A stretch of DNA of 60,236 nt, counting the filler, from Hausera hauseri (lineage: Eukaryota): the NCBI GenBank assembly GCA_046269625.1. It is 12 parts of 12 records of this genome, joined end to end, with 100 filler letters (N's around TTAATTAATTAA, not from the genome) between each part and the next. Parts side by side here need not be neighbours in the genome. Positions count along the whole stretch, not along the records: positions 50,482 to 55,585 come from JBJURY010334493.1; positions 55,686 to 60,236 come from JBJURY010531454.1; 10 more parts are not named here. One strand, 5' to 3'. Below, piece by piece: positions 50,382 to 60,236 of this stretch. How positions within the stretch are numbered: the stretch's first letter is position 1; each line of letters begins with the position of its first letter. Under the pieces are notes generated by a model that was not told the DNA's origin, searched no databases, and saw only the letters and a list, made by a program, of their open reading frames with translations. The position numbers and the translations under genes are program-made.

Positions 50382-50599
50382 NNNNNNNNNNNNNNNNNNN
50401 NNNNNNNNNNNNNNNNNNNNNNNNNTTAATTAATTAANNNNNNNNNNNNNNNNNNNNNNNNNNNNNNNNNNNNNNNNNNNNATAAAATAAAATAAGGTTA
50501 ATCCTAAGACAGATCTTTGTTTCATTACAAAACAATTTCACTGTCTGATGACAGAATAACCTGATTTGTAGTTGTCAGGTTATTTTATCATACAAATCA

Positions 50600-51956
50600 C
50601 TTCGGTAAACCACCTTATTCCCGCATTACGATTTTTACGCTGTTTTTTACAATTTTTGGCAACTATATAAAATTACTCAATTAATATTAATAAGACGAAT
50701 GCTGATACTCCGATAGTCGATACAATAGGTAGAGTTGTTAATTCCAATGTTTTCTGTGATATCGGATCTGTAGTAATTATGTTCTCTATGTCTCGACCTT
50801 TTTGTGAATCTGGGTAAATTCTTTTTGCTAAAGTGTGTAAAGTGATTGTCTGATTTTGCTTTCCTGCTGCATTAATTTGTATTATGTATTCTGTGTGAGG
50901 TTTTAATGCGTTACATTCTACTTATCGTGTTTTCTGTATAAGTTTTACTTTCTGTTTGTTATATAAGGTTCGACAGTTTATTTCTACATCGTAGTTTAAT
51001 CCTTCCTCAACAAAGAACACTATTCTATATTGATGGACCAAATATCTGATAGGTATGTCTTCAATTTTTGTTTTAGATATATTGTTCGTCGTGATAATTG
51101 GAGCGGTCGACTTTTTAGTCGAGGTTTTCATTGAAAATTTTCAAATTCTATTTTCTGGATAGTAAATTCGTAATTGTATGCTTGGTTGATTAGGCCGCAT
51201 CTCGTATAAGTCAAATCTTATTTTAAATTCTTGATTCACGGGTATTTTGCAACACGAATGTTGTACACCTGCCCGAATGGAACAATATTCTATTTTTGGA
51301 GTTGGTCTTATTACTGCCTCGAACACGATACTGATTTCTCGATTGACGGTTACTTCCGTCCGAGTATTTACTTGAATACATTGTCTTTTCTTATTCACAG
51401 AAATTTTCTGGATATGTTCGTTTAGTAATCTTATGTCTGGGTAAGTGGATCGCAATATTTCGTTCAGTTTTACTTCGTGATGCCTATTACAAGCAGGAAT
51501 AACTAGCTGAAACTGTGGTTTTATTTTATACATTTCAGATAAGCTTGGTAGGTACAGACGATAGGTTAAATTATAAGTATGTCCGAAATCTATGTCGCAA
51601 CATTGCGTACGTTCTCCGGACTCAAAGTCACAATTCTTTGTTTCTCTTGTTATTACATCATCTAAGACAATTTGGATCCTTCCAGAATTCCGATGTGGTT
51701 TCCGTGTTTTAAATCCGACGCATGTGGAGTTAGGCGAGTAATAGTGAATCCTTATTGCTTGTAATCTTCTTATGTCTTCTTGTCTTTGATTTCCTTCGAC
51801 TGTTCCAACTCCATAACTATCGTACCATCCTCTAGCTTGTATTCTCGGAATATATGAAGCAATTAGCGATAATGCTAAAACTATTTGAACGTAAAATATT
51901 GGTCTATTGATTATGCAGGACGTTTTTGTTTTCTTTTTATCTTGATGCGAGTTAGG
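50600..51956 (-). pseudogene. env-position FN3-like type-I membrane protein, copy 2
   Basis: VQIVLALSLIASYIPRIQA signal, conserved Cys, LKPHTEYIIQINAAG, TM TTLPIVSTIGVSAFVLLILI. Same frame as the integrase tail. Confidence 0.7.
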
Positions 51957-54900
51957 TCACAAATTGTAACGTCTTTCTGGCTTTATTTCTGTTCTAACAA
52001 CTCTCTGAATTGATATTACCTCTTCTTTGCCATTTTTGTTAATGTATGCCGTAGTTTGTGTGGTTCGGATAACTTCATAATGTCCTCGTCCGGTACGAGT
52101 ACGCTTTAATGACATACCTTTCTTTGTGACTGGGTAGTGTACATAGACACAGTTTCCTTTTTCTAAATCATGAGGTTTGACCTTTTTATTGTATTGTTTC
52201 TTAAACTCCTCTTGATACTCAAGAGTGAGCATCTTAGCTATATTCCAACATTTTTGTAATCTGATTTGTAAAACTTCCGCGAAATTCGGTTCTAAATCTT
52301 CTGGACTTGCGTGACACAGAGTCATCCCTAAGTCCGTAGGTAAAATTGCTTCGCGTCCATACATCATAGAAAATTGTGTAAATCCTGTGGCGGGGTGTGG
52401 GATAGTATTGATAGCGAATTGTGTTCCTTCTAAAAATTCATCCCAGTTTTTTTAATCTTTCGCTACTACGGTTGATAAGACACGTATAACTGTGGCATTC
52501 ATACGTTCGACCATCCCATTGCACTGAGGGTGATATGCAGTCAATCGTTTGATTTCGAAAATCTTAGAAATTTTGTCAAATAATTCGCTTGTAAAGTTTC
52601 TTCCTCTATCGGTTAGTATTTGATCGGGCGGTCCATACCAGCAAATGATTTTTCTTACTACTGCGTCAGCTAGAGTTTCCGTCTTTTGATCAGTTAGTGT
52701 ATTAATTCCACAAAATGTGTTAAACGATCTACACATGTCAAAATATATTTGTTATTTTTATGAGTTGTAGGTAGGGGTTCTACTATATTCATAGACATAG
52801 CTTGCATGGGTCTACCTGGTACGTCAATCGGTTTTAATTCTGCTATATAGTTTATCACCCTTCTTTGTTTTGTTGCGCAGACTTCACAAGCGTCCACCCA
52901 ATTTTTCACATCGATATAAACGATCGGCCAGTAGTACTTATTCAATATTCTTTCTAATGTTTTCTTCCACGACATATGTCCAGCTAAATGTGAATTGTGT
53001 TCAGCCATTAATACTTTCCTTCTTAATGCTTTCGGAATAACTACCAGTTTCTGTCCTTTGCGTTCATAATATAAAATATTATCCGGATTTTATGCATAAT
53101 ATTTGTGTCCATGTCTCTGTAAGTGTTTCTTAAGCTGCCGTCCTTTTGGCATTTCATCTTGTTCGGCAAATTTGATTATTTGTTGGATAACCTTCTCCTT
53201 AACTTGTTCTGAAGAAATTTTGATTGTTTTACTTAATGCTAAAGATCGTTGTCTTTCTACTAATTCTTCAAGCTGGACTTTCTTCTTGGTCTCAGTTGTA
53301 CTTGTTTTCGTTTTGAGTCTCAATAGAGCATTTGCGTCGCCATGTATATTTCCAGGTTTATATAGAAATTCGATATTGTATCGAGAGATTTCCTCGATCC
53401 ACCGATTTAGTCTACATGTCGGGTTATTGGCCCGTCCCTTTAACGTTGTAACAGCTTTGTGATCGATAACTAATGATTTTCTGCCCGTAGACAGACATTA
53501 AAATGCCTTAAAGCTTCTTTCACGGCTAGTGTCTCTAGTTCAGTAACTGAATTTTTCTCGGCTTTCTTAAGCGATCGTCCTCCATATGCAATAGGATGTT
53601 CCAATTCTTCATCTTTTCGTTTCTGAGCTAATTCATAACAAATTCCCTCTTTACTTGCGTCTGTTTTAATTATAAATGGTAAATAAAAATCGGGATATCT
53701 TAAGCACTGGTTCACATGTTAGAATTTTCTTTATTTCATCGAACGCTTTTTGTTCGATATCTGTTCATTTCCACTTGATTCCCTTTTTAAATAGCCGATA
53801 TAATGGTGCATTTATTTTCGAATTATTTGGCACAAGTTGCATAATACCCACACAAGCCTAACCAATGTCTTAATTCTTTCTGATTTTGGGGTTTAATACA
53901 ATCTGATATTTTGCTTAGTAAAGATTAATCTGGCTTCGATCCTCCTTCTCTGACTATGTCCAAGATAAGATACAGCATTCTGTGCCCATTTACATTTCTT
54001 GGGATTCAGTTTCAATCCTGTCTGTTCTAGTCGCATAAGAGTACCCTCGATGTCTTAGGTGTTCTTCTGTTTTTGATGCTATCATTACATCGTCTATATG
54101 GGCGAACGCGTGATCGAGTCCCATTAACATTTTATTCATCATTCTGGTGAAGATAGCTGGGCCAGTTGTTATACCGAATTGCATGACATTAAATTCTTAA
54201 ACTCCGTCGTGTCTTAAATGCTGTTTTATAACGATCGTCTTTGATTTCTACCTGCCAGTATCCTGATTGTAAATCCAGTATAGGAAACCACTTTGCTCCT
54301 GATAATCTGTCTAATGCTACCTTTACTGATGGTAGTGGGAATGAATCTCATCATAAGGGTGTTCAGAGCTTGAATCTATACAGAATCGGTGTTTAATGGT
54401 GCCTTTCTTTCTGACCATAAGTATTGGTGAGTACCAAGATTGGTAGCTTGGTCGTATTATGTCGGCCTTCAACATACGTTCTACCTCTGGTTATTTCGGT
54501 CCTTAGCGAATGAGGTGGTAGGTACCATTTGGGCATCTTTTGCTCTTCCAAATCAATTTCGTCATTGGAGCCAGGTTTCTTTTTTAATGGAATGGTTAAT
54601 CTTAAGGTTTTTGCTATACCTATAACTTCTTCATTTTGGGCAATAATCGACTTATATCTGCATAGTAGTTCGTAAAATTGACAGTATGCTTCTGGTGAAA
54701 ACTTCGTTTCCACATGAAGTGGAAACTCAGCATATTTGTATGGTTTTTCTTCTATTGTTATTGCCGATACCTTACAAGTATGGCCCAATGTAGTATTAGC
54801 ATACAACCTTACGGGGGTTGGTGCATTATTCACTAATCTGATCGGTACTCGGCCAGTTACCACTCTTGTCAAAATGTTACTGAGTATGATACTTGGGTTA

Positions 54901-55585
54901 ACGTCTTCTTGTGGCTCAAAGTATACTGGTTGGTCGTCTTCCCGGATTTGAGCATAAAATAACATTTCGGTTCTGGGCGGAATATTATCGCCGACGGAAA
55001 TCCATATTTCTCCTAGTTCCGTTTATTTCATTGTTTTAATCCCTTTAACTGGTCCGAGTTCCAGTAGTTTTCCAGTATGTAAATTTATTGCGATATTGGG
55101 TAATTCTTTCAGTATATCACAACCTGACACTACATCATCGGTTAGTTGATCCATTATGGCAAACTCGTGTCGAAAAATTTGACCCATTAATTGAACTAAG
55201 GGGCTCCCCTTAAATTTCTGTTCAGATTTCTGCCCGAAGGCTCCTATACTACTTGGATCTGACGACGACGCTGGGTGTAAATGTTTTAGTAGTGTCGGCG
55301 GTATTGATTCAAACTTAATAAATAATTTTCCCATCCGGTGTCGATTAAGGCATAGACTTCCCAATCCTCGATGGTAACTTTTGTGAAGGGTCTTCCTTCC
55401 ATAACTGTTCCATAACAACTCCATATGTCCTTTGGTCGTTTAGTTGAAGAAATCTTATGTCCATTTATTGTTATCTCTGGCGATGAGATGATATTTTCGG
55501 TCAACTGTTTCAATTCCTCGTTTGGATACAAATCGTTGCTTAGTATGCTATTTTCATTGTTTTTAATTACTGGTTTTTGTGCTAT
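51957..55585 (-). mobile_element. pol: Ty3/Gypsy pol (protease-RT-RNase H-integrase), family X copy 2
   Basis: ALIDTG; [24 protein letters not shown]; KTDAS; AGHMSW..CEVC; TDRGRNF. Clearly homologous to 39892-41865. Confidence 0.95.
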
Positions 55586-55685
55586 NNNNNNNNNNNNNNN
55601 NNNNNNNNNNNNNNNNNNNNNNNNNNNNNTTAATTAATTAANNNNNNNNNNNNNNNNNNNNNNNNNNNNNNNNNNNNNNNNNNNN

Positions 55686-56257
55686 CCTAACTCGATGTAC
55701 AACTGTAAGAGCCGATAGTGAACAACATAGTTGGACTTTCGCTCATGTGTCAGCAACAATTTCTTAACTTTCGAACCAGGAGGACTTTGTTTGATTGGAG
55801 CTAGAGGCAGTTGGTCCAACTTATCATGTTTGTCAGCCGGAATACTTAAGTCGACTTCAAAGGCTAAACCTCGTTTTTCCTTAACACAGTCAATAAAAGG
55901 CAACTGTTGGATTAGACTGGTCAAGACGTCCTCATCATAAATCCAAGTCAGATTCGCAAATGGCATAGGTTGTGATAAAGCCCAGCCGTATAAATTATTT
56001 ACATCTATATACAAGAGACTGGTACTTTCATCTGTTACAATCTTATACTTATTTACAAAAGTCATGCCTCCGCGAATACCCGACTGAAAGAACTGATACA
56101 TCTCAGGATCCTGTATAAGCTCAATCTTACAAGGACTGGTTTTCAATGCTGTGGCCCAAGACAAACCAGGAATAAAAACGAAATTAACTGCCTCTCCATC
56201 CTGCAACTTAACCTCTTTTCTGAACCGCTCAAAAACATTGCCTAACAAGTATACATC
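55686..56257 (-). mobile_element. pPolB fragment (polymerase motif A region)
   Basis: DVYLLGNVFERFR..PGLSW..GIRGG..YIDVNNLYGWALSQPMP..YVVHYRLLQLY. Confidence 0.93.
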
Positions 56258-56792
56258 TGTTGTGATATCGGTATCAAGCATTAACAAAATTGCAAAAGTG
56301 TACATAGTCGAATAGCATATTTGTAAATAGTAAATTAGTGGAAAATTTTGGAAATTTAGATGGAGTAGAATCGAAAATTAGTTAATTTAATTGCCATTAT
56401 AAATCACAATCTATTGACGTAGAAGAGAAATTAACTGCTGCTTGGCAATAAAATAAATTAAATTTGACAGAAATTGGTATTAAATAAATTAAATCGAATG
56501 AAAATCATAGACAAAATGAAATTAACAGAGCCGATGGACTATAAAAGGCTGGCACAATTGAGACAGAGTCAGAAAGAATTTTCGAATTTAATTGAGTAGA
56601 AACGATTTGTTAGACTGGCAGAAAAAGATTGATCAGGACCGAAAACGATTATTCGAATTGTAAAGACTTTATACGTGAACATTAATCGATATTGTGTAGC
56701 ATCGTTCTTTGGGTAAATTTTGTTTATTAATAAAGTGTAGTATTCAAAATTCCTTGTAATTTCCTTCGCCCCTTAAGGGTGATTTGACGACA
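56258..56792 (+). mobile_element. Putative LTR interrupting PolB
   Basis: Starts TGTTGTGA exactly where PolB homology stops. TATAAAA ~56541, AATAAA ~56729, ends ...TGACGACA. No TSD seen. Confidence 0.5.
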
Positions 56793-57246
56793 TTAAGGTC
56801 TAAATTCTGAACTTAAACTCACATAGCTAGGAGGAGAGTTGTTGAAACATTTGGCACAGGACCGCACGCATATACCTGCACAGTGATTTTAAAATCGTTA
56901 AGGTATAGTCAGTCTATTCGATTACGGTAGACCGACCTGCATAGAAAAGTAAACTTCAAGTGAAAATATTGTTACATAGTGGGAGAGGAATAGGGGCCAC
57001 CCCAATATATATAACATTTGGCAACCCTAGCATGACAGTCTGTACCTTGCTAGACTTTATTTATCAGAGTTAAATAATCACATATCGGCGAACAGCGCCA
57101 TTACATAGAGTAATTTGACTTATTTAGAATCGGAATTTATAATTTTGGTATATAGGCTATTTTGACGGGGATAAATAACTTAGAAATCGTTGAGAACAAA
57201 CATTGATAAGTCGAAAATAAATTACATATTGAACGATAATTCACCT

Positions 57247-58400
57247 ATGCGTGAGACACGTCGTAATATATATAGAGATACACAGAAAGTAGATAAACGT
57301 TCAAATTCTGAGAATATAATTAAACTAGACGTTGTCACACAAAATAAACCATTTAAAACTCCACTCGAGAAGCAGAAAATAAATAAAGTAGATTTAACAA
57401 ATAACGTAATTAACATGGCAACAGATAACCCACCAGTAGCGCAGAAGCTGGACATCTTCACTTTCGATTCTGTAAACTTGCCGGCATATGATGGAGACCC
57501 AGACGGACTTAATGAATTCTTGAGAACTTATAAATTGCACGCAGAAGGTGCTAGCCTCACTCCTGAAGTAATGATAAAACGATTGTCGTTATATTTGAAA
57601 AACTTAGCCGCTGACGCTTATAGTGAGCTCACCAATGACGAGAAGAAATCTTGGTCCTCCCTGGTAGGAGCATTAAATCGCAAATTATTGCCGACAGTAA
57701 CGCCACAACAAAAGCTTATGGCATTTCAGAACACAGTACAGCAAAAGGGTGAATCAGTAACCCAATTCGCATTTGCGTTGAAGAAACTCGCTAACAGTTA
57801 CATAAGCACATTTAGATGTCATGATGACGACTCAATTGATTCATGGTATTTGGTCACAAGATTTAGTTAATCAATTGATTTTGGCTAGACATGAAAATTT
57901 TGAAGGAACTCTACAACTAGCCTAAGACTTAGAAATGGCGCTTGATAGATACGCCAGACATAATGATAGAAACGATAGAAATAATGATCGTAACAACCGT
58001 AATAATAGATATCGCAACGATAATCGTGGAAGAGACGACAGACGATTTACAGGTAACAAAAATTATGGGAATAGAAATAATAATGGCGGTTATAGAAATG
58101 GCAGAGGTAGTAATTATACTAATACGAACAGATCAAACTCTAACTGGGATAGGAATAAAGGAAATTATAAAAGCTCAAACTACTCGAATCAGAACGACGA
58201 TAATAGACGAAATGCCGATAATGCGCAAAGCTTGTCAAACCAGTATAATAAAGGTATTAATAGATCTAAGTCACCAGTGAACGAAGACGGTCTACAGAGA
58301 GTCAGCAGGAATGGGAATTTGGTTCGTTTTACTTGTTACAAAGAAGAACATATTTCAAGGTCATGTACAAATCCGCGTAGCGTTTCATTCACCGAACCGA
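57247..58400 (+). pseudogene. gag: Ty3/Gypsy gag with R/N-rich region and degenerate CCHC knuckle
   Basis: LPAYDGDP..FL..Y..LYLKNLA..W..L..L..QQKGESVTQFA..LA; FTCYKEEHISRSC. PBS-like TAACA TT TGGCAACCC at 57012-57027. Confidence 0.85.
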
Positions 58401-60236
58401 ATAAGACTAGTATAATTAGAATCAATGAGAATCTAGAAGCAAAGTATGGCGTTCGTGGGGATACAGGCACTATCATCGATATACAGGACTTGAGAAAATT
58501 CTTAAATGCTCAGCCGGATACCACTAACTTACAAATACTGATGGCTAGAAGAGAATACAGAGATAAATTAAGATTACTAGAAGTGTATCATGGCTTAGCA
58601 GAACCATAAACTGAATATGAACACGCAATAGCACCTAAACAAAGTAATATGACACGGAAAAAGAGTGTTCCGACAAGCAAGAAGCCATACGATAAACCAG
58701 GCACATCGATGGCAGTCGACTTAGACGCAGAGCCTGAGTTTACAGCTGAAAAAGTAGCTAAGCTTACTGAGGATGATGCAGCAGAAAAAGAATTTATAGA
58801 GCCATTAATACTTAAAATTACGAAAAATAGAGGCCGTAGCCCTTCTCTAAAAACGAAACGAAGAAGTCATTCACGCTCCAAAATAACCAGAGAGAAAATT
58901 GAAGAAACGGAAAACCCGAACGTCGTTGTAGGAGGCGACACGATCATAGTTTGAATACACCAGAAATTGGCTCACACACCTGTCGGAGTAGCAGAATCCA
59001 TAGAGTCAATTAAGGAAATTAACGAGATTTTCCCACTTCCTACTAGTGAGGAAGAAACAACAAATACTGACGATTTCGATCCCAAGAAGTGGAAATTCGA
59101 CATTCGTAGAAAAACGCCGATGAATTAAAGAAAATGAAAAACAAACGTTATGAGCCAGAAATATTACACTGTGACTAAGAAAGGCTTAAAAAATTAGCGA
59201 ACAAGTAGATATATCCGGGAAAGAGCAGAAATACGCTGAGAGGTTATATAAAAGTCTAAAATTACACAGTGAAGGAAAAATCAAAGAAGCAATCGACTTG
59301 GAACAACCTGAAGAGATAGCAACCGAAACGTTGTTAAAATGGAAACACGAATTAGAATCATGGATTAAAAGTGGAGTCGAAATTACGGAATGATGGAGCA
59401 AAAATGAAGATAGTGTCGATGTAAAAGTTACTAAGGCTAAGACATTACTGTCCACTTGAGAAGCAAACTTGAAATTAAAGACAGCAGCTCGTAGTTTAGA
59501 AAATATGATGGATAAAATTCGCCTTGCAATGATTCAGCGGCTCAGAGAAAAAACGGTTATTAATCGAAGTAATATTGACTTAGAAATATTGGGTATAGAC
59601 CTAATAGATATCCCTTCCTTAATGGAGATAATTAAATTCGCGTTGGCCGTACCTAGATGATATACGAATTTAAAGAATCGAATTAAAATAGAAAATGAAA
59701 CACGAGCACAGATTTAAAGTTTGAAAATTTGATTTATGTTCTCAAACAACAAGGAGACTCAATACGTAGTAAAAGCTTGTATCGTAGAATTAGACGAGTA
59801 TAAAGACGAGTTTAGTTATATCAGCCAGATTATGAACTTTCTAAGAGATCCGGACGATGAGTTAAGAGATGCATATAAGATGTTAGATAGGGCTATAATG
59901 GCAAAACCAATCATCGCAAATCAATTGTCGGAATGGTCCGAATTAGTAACGCGATTAAGCAAATTGGTAGAATACCGCAAAACAGAATTTCCGCAAAGCG
60001 AACCAACTGTAAAGAAACAATTAGAAGAAAGTGCAAATGACCTAGGCACAATGCGAATAGAAATAGACATCCGTTCTCAATTCGAAGCGTTACGACGACT
60101 AAAATATATGGAAAAGGAACGGGAAGCGTTGATGACGGAGGCAATCTACAAAATCATCGAAGAGACGAACTTTACGGGAAAAGGGAATATGATTTACAAT
60201 GTAAATTCAAAGTTAAGGATTGTCCGACTAGAAGGG
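58400..60236 (+). pseudogene. Long degraded charged/helical ORF(s) downstream of gag, no protease motif
   Basis: Continuous protein-like K/E-rich segments across stops and frameshifts up to the window end. Confidence 0.5.

Noticed and set aside
55634-56305. ORF with a novel N-terminus on PolB
   Set aside because: The first ~16 residues come from the antisense strand of the LTR-like sequence starting at 56258.
58455-58470. GDTG after the gag knuckle as a retropepsin active site
   Set aside because: Lacks the hydrophobic-hydrophobic-DTGA context and the downstream ILGxD motif.

Overview
This is not contiguous DNA. It is 12 short contigs (4-7 kb) from an AT-rich, repeat-dense invertebrate animal genome, joined by eleven artificial 100-nt linkers (44 N + TTAATTAATTAA + 44 N), so adjacency across linkers means nothing. 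Host genes are limited to two GABA-B receptor 1 exons, one Rab8/10-family exon and a processed ARL3 pseudogene. The rest is decayed mobile DNA: Ty3/Gypsy LTR retrotransposons of several families, seven fragments of Polinton/Maverick (adintovirus-like) protein-primed PolB, one Polinton major-capsid fragment, Tc1/mariner, DD37E, hATm and hAT-Buster transposases, MITEs and satellites. The most interesting signal is that the LTR retroelements carry unusual virus-like accessory modules. (1) A PBS-gag unit is followed not by pol but by a ubiquitin-like + Bcl-2-family ORF (5499-6405). (2) Two divergent CsRn1-like elements have a ubiquitin-like domain in front of Gag, ending RIRGG|M in the better-preserved copy. 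(3) A Gypsy family (two divergent copies) has pol continuing in frame into a signal peptide-FN3-like-TM 'env', followed by a splice-acceptor-led ORF with a DEDDh/ISG20-like exonuclease. The PolB genes also share a short first intron and a tandem Cys/His N-terminal domain. All domain calls are from manual motif recognition; no database searches were run.
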